A stretch of DNA of 64,000 bases from Octopus bimaculoides (lineage: Eukaryota): the NCBI RefSeq assembly GCF_001194135.2, contig NC_068984.1:47984129-48048128 (forward strand), read 5' to 3'. Position 1 is the stretch's first letter. Every line of letters begins with the position of its first letter. Below, one piece after another: positions 1 to 12,802 of the stretch. Position numbers and translations under genes: made by a program. The notes beneath the pieces were generated by a model. The model was given only the letters and a program-made list of their open reading frames with translations. It was not told where the DNA came from and searched no databases.

Positions 1-200
1 ATCTATCAAATGTTATCATTTCTAAAAATAAACTTGGCATCAACTCTAAAAATAGCCAAACACATATTGCTGCTGTCCAAAGGAATAGGTATAAAAGACA
101 GAAAACCAGCCAGTCTATTACAGTCTGTTACAGTCTGTCATACCGGCCATGATGAAATACCACAAGGTATAGAAAATACGTATTAGCCTTTATATATTTA
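1..200 (+). mobile_element. PLE 3' UTR remnant (same family as 22490-22612)
   Basis: 1-125 aligns by eye with 22490-22612 (tcatttctaaaaataaacttggcatc...aaaatagccaaacac...gctgtccaaaggaataggtataaaa...cagccagtct), which directly follows a GIY-YIG ORF; carries hammerhead-like motifs. Confidence 0.55.
145..188 (+). ncRNA. Variant type-I hammerhead-like motif
   Basis: GGC(145-147) C-A-TGATGA, stem ATACC/GGTAT with ACAA loop, GAA, perfect palindrome AATACGTATT (175-184), A, GCC. Deviations: 1-nt insertion in CUGAUGA, A.A instead of G10.1-C11.1, 3-bp helix I. Confidence 0.4.
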
Positions 201-447
201 TATATTTAATCCTTTATATTGAACACTCAATATTTCATATATTCAATAAGACATTCAATACTTCATTTCATTGTACCATCCATCTTTTTTATATTATATA
301 TTATATATTCCATATTCTATATCCCACATAAATCTTACAAGAATATAAATAAAAAACATAAAAAACAGACAGAGTTGGAACTCTTTTAAATAAAATAATA
401 TATTCCTCTATACACGATCATACAAAACCCTTTTTTTGTATTTATTT

Positions 448-870
448 TTACTCACATATATATATATATGTATATACATGTATAAATGTATGCGCATATG
501 TAGGTGCACATACATATATACATGCATGTGTGCGTGCATGTATATGTATGTATGAGTGTGCGGGTGTGGATACTTGCATGTTTGTACATATACAGGAAAG
601 TAGGTATAGATACAGGGACGTATGAATATAGGTGAGCGTGTATGTACATATGTACATGTGGAGGTTTCTGTGTGGGTGTGTGTGTGTGTATGTGTATGGG
701 TGTATCTGGGTGTGTGGGTATGTATNNNNNNNNNNTGTGTGTGTGTATGTGTATGGGTGTATCTGGGTGTGTGGGTATGTATACATGGGTGTGCGCATAT
801 GTATGTGTGTATGTGCGTACACGCACGTGTTTGTATATAGGTATCTGCACATTAGCAGACACATATGTAA
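448..870. repeat. Degenerate (TG)/(TATG) low-complexity tract
   Basis: TG/TATG-rich; about 48 bp repeated on both sides of the 10-N gap at 726-735. Confidence 0.85.
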
Positions 871-1132
871 ACACTCACTTTAATTATCTCCCCTGACCCA
901 CCCGAATAACTCCTTGACCACAACCCTTAGCTTCACATCAATAACACCCTCCCTTTATATTACTATGTAAACTAGCGTTCTTATGCCTAAAGCCCATGGA
1001 AAAATATTGGTGACCCCGCCATAACTCTATGTAAACAAACCTTCTAACGGCCACTGACCATGTAACATCTCAGCTCGTAAGTTACCCCATCATTTCGTTT
1101 TTGTCTTGCTACTAAATGTTTTTTTTATGTTC

Positions 1133-1225
1133 TCCCTGATGAGAAACAAGTGATGATTCCAGCAAGCCTTTCTTCTTTTTTTTTTGTGAAACGGCCCTCA
1201 CTTGCTTCGAAACATATATGTAGGA
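1133..1225 (+). ncRNA. Type-I hammerhead ribozyme, intact core
   Basis: TCC(1133-35) CTGATGA(1136-42); helix II GAAACAAGTGA(1143-53)/TCACTTGCTTC(1198-1208), 10 of 11 pairs with G10.1-C11.1; GAA(1209-11); palindromic helix III ACATATATGT(1212-21); A17(1222); GGA(1223-25). Confidence 0.8.
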
Positions 1226-1439
1226 ATTAAAGGAACTTTCATCGACATACGTTTTGCTCCATTTGTTGTTATTATCCATATATTCTCAAAATGTATCACG
1301 TTAACTCGGTATATCAACCTGTAAATCGGCTGGGATATCTTGTTTTTTAGTGTAATTTTGCTACCCCTGGTAACTATTAACGTATTCATCGAAAGTTTCA
1401 ATAACAGAGATAATATTACTATACATAAAATAATATATA

Positions 1440-1595
1440 TATATGTATGTATATGTGTGTGTCTGTGTTTGTTCCCCTGCATCGCTTGACAACTGATGCC
1501 GGTGTGTTTACGTCCCCGTAACTTATCGGTTCGGCAAAGAGAGACCGATAGTATAAGTACTAGGCTTACAAAAATAAGTCCTGGGGTCGATTTTC
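1440..1595 (+). mobile_element. SINE family B, 3' half
   Basis: gtgtctgtgtttgttccc...gcttgacaactgatgccggtgtgtttacgtccccgtaactta.cggttcggcaaa.gagaccgatag.ataagtactaggcttac..aaataagtcctggggtcgatt; same as 23655-23972, 48195-48355, 60885-61090. Confidence 0.9.
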
Positions 1596-2559
1596 ATACA
1601 TCTTTAAGAAATGATCCAATTAGCACCTTGTTGTCTAAAGGTATATGTTTTTGAATGCGAAATATAACAGCAATTATATACTCACTTTTGAATCCATAAG
1701 GACTTGTTTTGAATGAATGGATATGTTATTAAACTAATTCAGCAACTTGATCAATATATAGTGAATTTGATGTAGTCTTGTGTAGCAAAATTCTTTAATT
1801 TTATTTTAGAAACATATTGAAGGGGCATCCTGAAAGGGGTTAATCTTATAGAAAATGCTTCGGTGCTCCCTTTTATTGTCGTTTGAAATTGCCAACTATT
1901 ATCTGAAGTCCGGGTTAATTTTATATAGTTTGTGTAACGCAATGAAAACTCTATTTAAAAGCTTAAAATTTCTTGCAATATACATATAATGTATTGCATT
2001 TTAAAGTAGAGGTTGTTTCATATGAAATAATTCATTAAAAATCTTAAAAGTTATCTCCTTTCTTTGGTATACTGTGTGTAAATTATAATCTGTCCCGTTA
2101 CAGACTTACAAGCTACATTTCTTCTGTTTTTTTTAATGCAGGTATTTGAATAAATATTATAATAAATTAAAAGAAATAATAAAATATAAAATATGATGCA
2201 TGTTAACCAATTACAGGTAAACAACTGAACAGCGAACTAGTACGAAACTTGTCAGATTCCAAACTAGAAATCATTTTGCATTTGGTTTTAAACTGAACGC
2301 ACGTTTGAGTTTCTCCTCGTAACTTTCGCGTTGCACATATTTATTCATTGATCTGTCTCCTTTTTATTGACAGCTTAACTTGTACTATTCACTGTTGCTG
2401 TATGGAAGCAGACTGAAATTTGATGTGGGGTTACTGAGTTATTGATACTGGAAGAGCACAGTTTCTACTGAACAAGTATACGAACAATTGACAGTTATGC
2501 TGAACAATCAGTTGTTCTCAAAGCGTAATATGTTTAGCTGCAGTAAAATTGACTCATGA

Positions 2560-3720
2560 TAAATCTTGCATAAAGATAAAAATGGGAAAAAGGTAAAAAA
2601 AAATAAGAAGGCATTTAGACGGAGTACGTGTATCAGCATAACTCTCCGTATTCGCTACGTAATATTTAAATGAAAGCTAAGCTTCAATTCTATATTGATA
2701 ACCTAAATAAAAAAAATTCTTCTGTAGAAAGTGAAATCTTCTTATCGCGACTGGTTCGAGCGTTTTAAGAATTCCTCAAAATTGCAAAACATCCAGTAAA
2801 ATGTGAAAATGTAAGCGTCGAAAAAATGCTGCAGCTGCATTTCCAGCCTTATTAATTTATGCCTGCCAAAAATCATACTATTCTTGTACATGGTGACTGT
2901 TATCTAGGAGAACTAAAGATCAAACCACTGTTTAATTATATATCTGAAATATCAGTAGCTATAAAAGTAACTCTAAATCTCATTTTCCCATTATATGCTG
3001 ATCAAATAATATGGAGTGGGCCACCACACAAAAGTTCCAGAATTAGCTTATTTTTTCTTCTTCCCAGCTGGCAGAGACTATTGCTAGTGTAAAAACCTTG
3101 AAAATAAAATGGTGCCTCATGTGGACTATTCTCCAAGTCACCTACCAAAGTTTGATGCCAAGAAAAGTAATATTCAAATAGCTTTTATGCCTTCAGATCC
3201 AATCAGCTTTGATCTACCTACGGCTCAATCACTGATGGTATATCTTATATATAACAATTATGGCTCATGTTGAAGCGATTGAGTCTGAGTGGAATTAATA
3301 TAAATGGACCACTATTGAGTATTTAACAGATAACTGCACAAAAGTGAAAAGAATCATATTAACTCATGTGAAGAGTAAAATTCTTCTATACTGCATAGCA
3401 GGATCACAGGAATTTAGGGAGCCAACATACTTATTAGGAGAATGTTAGATTGGCACGCAGGCTACAGTTCATGAAATCTATTAGTAAGAGTTGCAAATCT
3501 TGAATCACAGACAGACCATGCAAAACTATCCAATGAAGACCTCATGGAATTGGAGGTGCATCGTACTCTAAGTACCTGAACATAGCTGCAGAAAAAAACA
3601 CACCAATTTTATCAATTAATGCCTTTATCTAAAGATTTAAGAAGTTTTATTGAAAAAAATCCTCAAAATTAAAGTTGCTCACAATCATGAATGCGAATTT
3701 TAATTATTGGATACTCTTAC
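2560..3720 (+). mobile_element. Tigger/pogo DNA transposon, decayed transposase
   Basis: Broken-frame translation: SYRDWFERFKNSSKLQNI...CENVSVE..NAAAAFPA (CENP-B HTH to DDE linker) and DYSPSHLPKF..SNIQIAFMPSDPISFDLPTAQ (cf. DNAPGH..V.FLPPNTTS.IQP.DQG); KLSNEDLMELE near 3520-3555. Confidence 0.65.
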
Positions 3721-4074
3721 TAAAAGAAGTCATATACAGAGAAAATATGTACCGAAAAAAAAAAAAAATAAATAAAAAATAATGATTCTTGAAGTAAATA
3801 TTCATTTTATTATTTTCAAATGTATGTATAACATACATGCGCCGATGTTTAATTTAACTTTTCATTTTGAAATTTGGAGACGATTTGTGGTAAATGTATA
3901 ACATCAAAACGCAGCAAATGTATATCATATTTCTTTAATCTAACCTTAGACAATAGGTGAAAAACGTTTAGACACTGAATCACACATACGTCTATTCAAA
4001 GTATGCAGATATGATTACTTCATATTACTAATATGACAAGTGCGTGCCAAAAAAAAAAAAAAAAAGAAAACACG

Positions 4075-4320
4075 TTGGTGAGCTGGAAGAATCGTTAGCA
4101 CACTGGGTGAAGTGCTTATCAGCATTTCGTCCGTCTTTACGTCCTGGGTTCAAATTCCGCCGGAGTCGACTTTGCATTTCAGCATTTCGTGATCAACTTT
4201 ACCCTTCATCATTTCGGAGTCGATAAAACAATTACTAGTTGCGCACTGGGTTCGATCTAATTAAACTGCACCCTATCCCAAAATTGCCACCCTTGTGCCA
4301 AAATCTGAAACTAACATTAC
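4075..4320 (+). mobile_element. SINE family A (tRNA-derived), near full length
   Basis: ggtgagctggaagaatcgttagcac...gggttcaaattccgccggagtcgactttgc...ttcggagtcgataaaac...ctgggttcgatcta...cccttgtgccaaaatctgaaac; B-box GTTCAAATTC. Confidence 0.88.
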
Positions 4321-4975
4321 AAGTGTAAGTCACACAAAAGAAGAAACAAAATCAAGAATGGTGGGTATTGTAATTCAACGTTAATAATGACAAAAAAAAT
4401 AAAATCTTCACGTGCATACTAAATCCATTACCTGGCAAAAATTAGTTTCAGAAATTTTTCAAAAAAAAATTCGATGCAATTTTTTTCTCCATGTTTTCCT
4501 AATTTACCATTGATAAACAAAAATACAAAGATTGCAATAGAATTTTATACTTCTTTGAATCACAAAAATTACCTATTTATGGGGCATTAATTGGAAGAAC
4601 ACATTCTGTATAATAGTTTGTATATTTGTTAAATATCTTTCGTGAAACTCCAAATATAATTGGATACTAAAATGGTAAGGCATCTTTGGGTATTCTTACT
4701 TTACAAGCACAAAAGTTCACAAATCCATATAACTCCTTGTGTGTGACTGCGTGTACGTATTTGTGAGTTTTTTTGTGTGTTACTATGTATGTGTTTACAC
4801 ACGGGCGTGTATTTATACACTACAGGTGTATTAAGAAGAAGGTTTTGTTTCAGAGCTATAGTATACTACATATCTATTAATTTTAGCAACCGCTGTATAC
4901 AGTAGGTAGATGGAAACACCTTGAAATTATACACAATATCTTAATCTATGAAAAATTGGTCTCTGTTTAAATTTT

Positions 4976-5008
4976 GAGTAGTTTCGAACTTATATGGGAT
5001 TTCATCAG
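4976..5008 (-). ncRNA. Degenerate hammerhead-like motif
   Basis: Minus strand CTGATGA AATC CCATATAA GTTC GAAACTACTC (cf. GAAACTAGTC); helix II half-paired, no helix I partner. Confidence 0.25.
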
Positions 5009-5182
5009 CTGTTCTCTACGGTGAATCTACCTGTAATTTCATTATATGGCTGAAAGAAATTAAATCGACTGATTTCCACATATAACTGATCTCAAGCTAC
5101 TGTTTCGATTAATATATTCTTAGTTCGCATAGTCACTGCTGTAAAATCCTACAGATTTTTATTACACATCCCATCCACCAAA

Positions 5183-5184
<2 letters not shown>

Positions 5185-5277
<93 letters not shown>

Positions 5278-5340
5278 GACACACATACATACATGCATAC
5301 ATACATGCATACATACATACATACATACATTCATACATAC
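5185..5340. repeat. Compound microsatellite (CA)n-(TA)n-(TACA)n
   Basis: Direct reading. Confidence 0.95.
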
Positions 5341-5659
5341 AACACTGTATCGAGTAGATCATCCGATGTTGTTACATACTGCTTGTCGGAATGCGAGGAA
5401 GCGCATTGTAATGCGTGGAATCATAGTGTTTTAGCTTTCGAAGGATACCACCGTCCTGACTACGTGGCCGAGGCAACGTTACTTTGAAAGCTATTCCGTT
5501 GTCGAGTTACCAATTTATACAACTGAATCGACGGGAGCAATCTGAAATCAAAAACATGACTTGTCGACCAGCACTGAAATTAATGAACCTTGTAGATTCT
5601 AACAAATTGATATACAGTTTTAATCTCGAACTTTCACCTGTTTTGAACATGATAATTTA

Positions 5660-5725
5660 TCAACATTGAAACATTTTAATTTGTCAACATTGAAACATTT
5701 TAGTTTGTCAACATTGAAACTTTTA
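5660..5725. repeat. 24-bp tandem repeat, about 2.7 copies
   Basis: tcaacattgaaacattttaatttg / tcaacattgaaacattttagtttg / tcaacattgaaac-ttttaa. Confidence 0.85.
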
Positions 5726-6247
5726 ACCATGTTTTCCTAATTTAAAACTTTTACCATTGATAAACAAAAAATATTGTTGAAACTATATATGNNNNNNNNN
5801 NNNNNNNNNNNNNNNNNNNNNNNNNNNNNNNNNNNNNNNNNNNNNNNNNNNNNNNNNNNNNNNNNNNNNNNNNNNNNNNNNNNNNNNNNNNNNNNNNNNN
5901 NNNNNNNNNNNNNNNNNNNNNNNNNNNNNNNNNNNNNNNNNNNNNNNNNNNNNNNNNNNNNNNNNNNNNNNNNNNNNNNNNNNNNNNNNNNNNNNNNNNN
6001 NNNNNNNNNNNNNNNNNNNNNNNNNNNNNNNNNNNNNNATATAATAATAAATATAAGTTTAAATATAAAAATATGTATGTGTGAGTGCATATATGTGTAT
6101 GTTGGCAATCTAAAATTATCTTATGATCGTTTCGCGAAAATTTTGTTGCTGTAATAACATCCAAAATGGATTTATTATATATAAGTAATATTTCCGCTCA
6201 CCAGAGACGTAATTACTTTTGTGATATATAATTGTATGTATAGTTTT

Positions 6248-6263
6248 TTTAATAATAATAATG

Positions 6264-6344
<81 letters not shown>

Positions 6345-6345
6345 T
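6248..6345. repeat. (TAA)n microsatellite
   Basis: Direct reading. Confidence 0.95.
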
Positions 6346-6391
6346 AGTCTATAAAAATAAAAAAAAATATAAAAAATGTTGGGCCTGGTAC

Positions 6392-6590
6392 CTAGAGTAG
6401 AAAAGTTTGATCAGTTTTATCCAAAGCTTTTGCAAAGTAAAGGTATGTTACGTCCACGATTAAGTTGTTGAGTAACTGCCTCAACACCCAGTCATAGTGC
6501 TGTTGGCAGCGGATCAAGCAGCTCCGACCTGGTTGAAAACCATGCTGAGTATCGCACAGCAAGTAGTTTTCTTCAAGGAGGGTGATTAAC
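6392..6590 (-). mobile_element. CR1/L2-group LINE reverse transcriptase fragment
   Basis: LEENYLLCDTQHGFQPGRSCL...QHYDWVLRQLLNNLIVDVTYLYFAKALDKTD = QHGF..GRSC and DVxYLDFxKAFDKV motifs. Confidence 0.85.
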
Positions 6591-8855
6591 AACAATATAC
6601 GCTTTCGATAATTGTTTCGACGCATCTAGCATCGATCTATCACGGGCAGGACACTAAACAACTGGTGCAGATGTATCTCATCAGGTGATAAATAGACAGA
6701 ACTCGTTAAAATAACAGTTCCGCAATGTAATTTCTCGTTTTGTAGAAAGAAAAGCAGCCAGACGGAAGAAATATCTTCATTTACATAGAAGATCAAAAAT
6801 AAAATCACAGATGTAAAAGAGAGAAACGAACACGCAGTAGAGTGAGAAAAGTATAATAAATAACCGTTAGCAAGTATGGATGTATTAACGACCTCGGGTA
6901 AGGTGTATGGCGCGACTACACTTACTCATACAAGCATCCGCGGAAATGTGAGCATACGCAAACGTGAGGTTTAGTGCACTCTTAATCACAAAGCGAGTTA
7001 ACTATTTACTTGGTGTTTGTCAGAATGGAGAGGTTAAGGGTAAACTTAAAGCATCCGTATCTTAAAGTAAATTACGTTAACAGTTACTCAAAATTCATTT
7101 CCACTGTATTGTGCAAAACTGCATTTACATGCGTGTAGGCATCTCGAGAGTCTTTTAGACAGTCTATCAAAGATCTTCTCATTAATCCAAAGAATAGACA
7201 GGGATTCCTTGGAGCAGAAACGGCTTCTCCTGGAAATTATATTGTATAGTTTCGCTTGCTTTACTATGGACCAAAATATGCTATATTTCATTTTATACTC
7301 TTTCAGTCACCATAGAAAATCGGCCAAAGATGTTGAATGTCACTTTTTCATGTATATGTCCGTTTTCGTTGTAGCATACCTTTGACAAAGACTTTGTAGA
7401 GACATCCTTTTACAACAGCTAGACGCTCTTCTTGCTTCTTAACTTCACTTATTTTCCTTTAGACATTTTTATTCAACTTATCTTTGAAACCATTGACATA
7501 CAAGGCAAATTGTGTCAAAGACTTCTTGAGAAAATATCGTCGTGTTCATTGGAGCGAATTAAAACGAAGACGTCGAAGACATACACGCACACGTACACAA
7601 CTAAACACACACACACACACACACACACAAACACGCGCGCGCGCCCCAACGCCCTTTGACCATTTAATCGACGAGATTTCATATGGCTTTGTATCTGATT
7701 GGCGGAACATAATGTAGAAGACATTTGTTTAACGTATAACAAATAGGAGTGAACATAGAAGCAAGTTGTTTCCAAGTGAACTTCTTAAACACTCAGCTAT
7801 GCCTGAACAGGCATAACGTATGTTGTCATTTATAGTCTAAACATAATTGGAGAATTGCTACAATGAGATATTTGGAGTAAATGGCATCATATAAATAAGT
7901 AAATAAGAGAGTAATATGTTGTTCACAGCCCTTTTCTCCCCTTATTTACATGAAACCTTCTACTCCGTTTTAGCAGCTCTACAGCTATGTTGGAATTACA
8001 AATTCTATGCTACCATATGTTTTACAGGCTCGTTCCTTCTTTTTAATACACACATATGTCCATTCAGTTTGAAGTTGTAGTTGCAAGCCGACCTGAGCAC
8101 TTATTGCATATGCCTACTGCATTATATATATATATATNNNNNNNNNNNNNNNNNNNNNNNNNNNNNNNNNNNNNNNNNNNNNNNNNNNNNNNNNNNNNNN
8201 NNNNNNNNNNNNNNNNNNNNNNNNNNNNNNNNNNNNNNNNNNNNNNNNNNNNNNNNNNNNNNNNNNNNNNNNNNNNNNNNNNNNNNNNNNNNNNNNNNNN
8301 NNNNNNNNNNNNNTTAAGCTGCAAAAGGAATAATAGATTAAAATAACTACCTATATATCTGCCTAATGTAAATACATTTCCAAGGAAAAAATTACTTCGC
8401 TTTTGATATGCAGAAATGCATCAGGTGTTGTCACTAACCGCTGGTGGGACATCTTTCTTCTCCCTCCAGTACATATTGCATTTAAAAACGCATGCCCATA
8501 AGAGATATGATCTCCGGACGAATTCCTCACAACACGATGCCTTTCGCGATGTACTTACATTAAAAGGCATAGATGTATGTATGGATATATATGCGTGTGT
8601 GTGTATGTATGTATGTACGTGTATGCACATGTGTGTGTTGGTATGTGTATGTGTGTGCGTGTATGTATGATTGTATGTGCGTGTGTGCGCATAGTGAAAA
8701 CATTCTAGAAAGATACACAACGTGGTAAATTATAAGAAAAATAAAGTGCACTGAAGTATACTTGTTGACAAAATATATTTATGAAGGAATATATTTATAT
8801 ACTAGACTGGTTTCACTTCTTTGGCTAATCATGACTATGACTAATCACACAAAAA

Positions 8856-9205
8856 GCAATGGACCGGTGGTTAGGGCAGCAGATTCGTGGTAATATGATC
8901 GTGGTTTCGATTCCCAGACCAGGCGTTATGAGTGTTTATCGAGCGAAAACACCTAAAGCTTCACAAGGCTCCGGTAGGGGATGAACCACACCTTTCTCTC
9001 AATCTTTCTTCCTGTTTCTGTTGTACCTGTATTTCAAAGAGTCAGCCTTGTCACACTGTTTCACGCTGAATCTTCCTGAGAACTACGTTAAGGGAACATG
9101 TGTCTGTGGAGTCCTCAGCCACTTGCAGGTTAAATTCTCGAGCATGTTGATCGGATCAACTGGAACCCTTGTCTTCGTAACCGACGGAGTGCCACACACA
9201 AACAT
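8856..9205 (+). mobile_element. SINE family C (tRNA-derived)
   Basis: A-box TGGACCGGTGG, B-box GTTTCGATTCC; body is the reverse complement of 13245-13708. Confidence 0.88.
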
Positions 9206-9409
9206 CGAATGACAACAACTAATTAATGTAGCGTGAAATTATACCATCATCACAAACTTTTCCATGGTGTTTAACCAGAAAACGAAGTCTGCTGACTAAA
9301 TAAATGCTTTATTTCATAAATATATATATTTTTAATATAAATACTGTAGTGTATATATTTTTATTATAGATAATTGTGTGCGTCTTGTGCACGGATACAT
9401 GGCTTCAAT

Positions 9410-9595
9410 TTTCGATATGAGGCCAGCAATTGTTAGAGAGGTGTAAGAGGATTACATCGACCCCAGTCTTCAGCGGGTAGTTATCTTTTCCACCCAGAAA
9501 GGATTAAAGGTAAGATCGACCTCAGCAGCACTTGAACCCACAACTTAAAGAGTTGAAACAAATGCTGCTAAGTATTTTGCTCAGATAACTAACCC
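9410..9595 (-). mobile_element. SINE family A, diverged
   Basis: acatcgaccccagt...cccagaaagga.taaagg.aagatcgacctcagc...ttgaac...gctgctaagtattt. Confidence 0.7.
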
Positions 9596-9596
9596 T

Positions 9597-9645
<49 letters not shown>

Positions 9646-11217
9646 AAATATGTATAAGCGCTCGTAAATTCTCCTGGCGAATTCTATACATTTTTAGGAA
9701 AATTACAAGCACAGAGATCACGCCAATATATCTACCATCTAATTAAAATAACAAACACTACATTTACTTACCAAATATCTTGTTATATAAACTTATTTAA
9801 AATATCTTTTTTTATCAGTTCTTCATCTTTTTAGGGCATATTCTTATTTATTAGTAATTGGTGGGTTGTCAGTATTATCTCTCCATCTCCTTCAATCTTT
9901 CGTTCTTTTCATTCATTCATTTTATTCCTGTCTCTTAGCGAATCTGTCAGCAAATATTACTTCCCTAGCTTTGTCAGTCCTGCATTCTTACCGAATTCTT
10001 TCCTTTTCCCTTATTCATATTCTCTTTCTTTCTCTCTCCTTCTTTCTCTTCCTCTCTTTCATCTACTTTTTCGTCCATTCCTTGTTCTGTCTGTTGTGAC
10101 AGAAACATACTGTTTCTGTGAAAATATGAAATATATATGGTGTTATGGCCATATGTGTAGCAATCATGTGCTCTCAAGTTCAACTTAGTCTTAGGCAAGT
10201 GCAGTCTACCATAGTCTAGAAACGATAGGAGACTTGAGAATGAGACTTGCTTGATGAAATTTGACAGATAATCATGCGGAGAAGCGTACATAATCATGCT
10301 TGATAGATTTAATTCATCGCTAGATTTAACACCAGAACATGGGCCCTTGGCTACTTGCAGCAGTTTCCACTCTAATGCGAGTATTGAAACCGTCTTTGTT
10401 TTCGGCATTGCTAATACACACACGCACGTACGCACACGAACGCGCGCGCGCACACAAACACACACAGATATATATATAAACAAAAAGGGGCTAATTATGG
10501 ATTACTATTTCTATGTGTAGTTGTTGTGCAAGATTCTTGATGTGAATACGTGTGTTGAAAGAAATACTATTAAACCTTGGGATAGAGAGGCATTATGCCG
10601 ATAATAAACACACGCACTGGTTCGGTCCTTTATTTATTTATAAACAGTATTTAGTTTTTTGTTAAATCACTTCATTGCACTCTTGCAATCTCTTCAGTAA
10701 CTCGTCTTTCCACTTCCATTTATTTTGAATGTATGACTCAGCGTTGTTTTAAAATTGTCATCAAAAACGTGCAAAGCAATTTGACCAATCCCAGAGAAGG
10801 AAGCAGCCAGTTTGTGTATATACTCAACAATTGCAGTAGCTACACAAAAATGGTGCTTCTAATTTACATACCGTAAGTGGTAGTACTTTATTTAATATCA
10901 GGGTTCTTTCAACGAATATCGAAGTCTACATCGTATCAAAGTATGATATAATATACATAACCTATATCGTAGATACATAAACAACATTAATTTAGCTATT
11001 TGTGTGTGTGAGAGAGAAAGTGTGTGCGTGTGTGCGTGCGCGCGCGTGTCGATAAAGTACGTAAGAGGCTTAAGTCACTCGGCTTTAAATTTCTCTTCAT
11101 TTCTTCTACATCATTCATTGTCACTCTTGTTTTTATTCTTATCCCTATATGCCACAATTGTTTTGAATTCTATTATTCAGTATGCCTTCTATTTCTTCCT
11201 ATTTGCGTAATATGTAT

Positions 11218-11261
<44 letters not shown>

Positions 11262-12027
11262 NNNNNNNNNNNNNNNNNNNNNNNNNNNNNNNNNNNNNNN
11301 NNNNNNNNNNNNNNNNNNNNNNNNNNNNNNNNNNNNNNNNNNNNNNNNNNNNNNNNNNNNNNNNNNNNNNNNNNNNNNNNNNNNNNNNNNNNNNNNNNNN
11401 NNNNNNNNNNNNNNNNNNNNNNNNNNNNNNNNNNNNNNNNNNNNNNNNNNNNNNNNNNNNNNNNNNNNNNNNNNNNNNNNNNNNNNNNNNNNNNNNNNNN
11501 NNNNNNNNNNNNNNNNNNNNNNNNNNNNNNNNNNNNNNNNNNNNNNNNNNNNNNNNNNNNNNNNNNNNNNNNNNNNNNNNNNNNNNNNNNNNNNNNNNNN
11601 NNNNNNNNNNNNNNNNNNNNNNNNNNNNNNNNNNNNNNNNNNNNNNNNNNNNNNNNNNNNNNNNNNNNNNNNNNNNNNNNNNNNNNNNNNNNNNNNNNNN
11701 NNNNNNNNNNNNNNNNNNNNNNNNNNNNNNNNNNNNNNNNNNNNNNNNNNNNNNNNNNNNNNNNNNNNNNNNNNNNNNNNNNNNNNNNNNNNNNNNNNNN
11801 NNNNNNNNNNNNNNNNNNNNNNNNNNNNNNNNNNNNNNNNNNNNNNNNNNNNNNNNNNNNNNNNNNNNNNNNNNNNNNNNNNNNNNNNNNNNNNNNNNNN
11901 NNNNNNNNNNNNNNNNNNNNNNNNNNNNNNNNNNNNNNNNNNNNNNNNNNNNNNNNNNNNNNNNNNNNNNNNNNNNNNNNNNNNNNNNNNNNNNNNNNNN
12001 NNNNNNNNNNNNNNNNNNNNNNNNNNN

Positions 12028-12103
<76 letters not shown>

Positions 12104-12552
12104 ATGCATGTATCTATCTATCCATCTATCCATGTATCTATCTAAATAAGCACACGCAAATATATATTTACATTTATATATATACATAATGTAATAGGAT
12201 ATATATAAACTAGATAGGGTTGAAATCCAAGCTGTGTCCTCTTCGTATTCCAGTAATTCAATTCCGTGTGTAGTTGTTTTATTTATGTGAGGTACGCATT
12301 AAACTTGAAAATTCTGGAAACATTGATTGCAGAGTAATTATATATCAAAACAGGAGATCGTAAAAATGCAGTGGCATCATTTATTCACGATTACACGTGT
12401 CATTCGTTAATAAGACTTACCAAATTGTACATATAGGTTAAACGCAAGAAATTCGTCAGACAGATTATTTGATTCTCCGTCAGAAAAATTTCTAATAGCA
12501 AATGAAACATGTCTAATAGTGAATAAATAATACAAAATGCTTTTTCAACCTT

Positions 12553-12590
<38 letters not shown>

Positions 12591-12756
12591 NNNNNNNNNN
12601 NNNNNNNNNNNNNNNNNNNNNNNNNNNNNNNNNNNNNNNNNNNNNNNNNNNNNNNNNNNNNNNNNNNNNNNNNNNNNNNNNNNNNNNNNNNNNNNNNNNN
12701 NNNNNNNNNNNNNNNNNNNNNNNNNNNNNNNNNNNNNNNNNNNNNNNNNNNNNNNN

Positions 12757-12796
<40 letters not shown>

Positions 12797-12802
<6 letters not shown>

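Noticed and set aside
676-783. Apparent 48-bp tandem duplication
   Set aside because: Straddles a 10-N gap; typical unmerged contig overlap.
4488-5775. Short dispersed match ccatgttttcctaattt...accattgataaacaaaaa at 4488-4530 and 5727-5775
   Set aside because: About 35 bp AT-rich direct match without termini or target-site duplications; probably fragments of an unidentified old repeat.
6660-6690. CTGATGAGATACATC on the minus strand
   Set aside because: No GAAA after the short stem.
10080-10420. Non-repetitive part of the 169-aa minus ORF (LAMPKTKTVSILALEWKLLQ...)
   Set aside because: No recognisable domain, start lies in a microsatellite, no convincing splice-site pair; would need RNA-seq or TBLASTN support.
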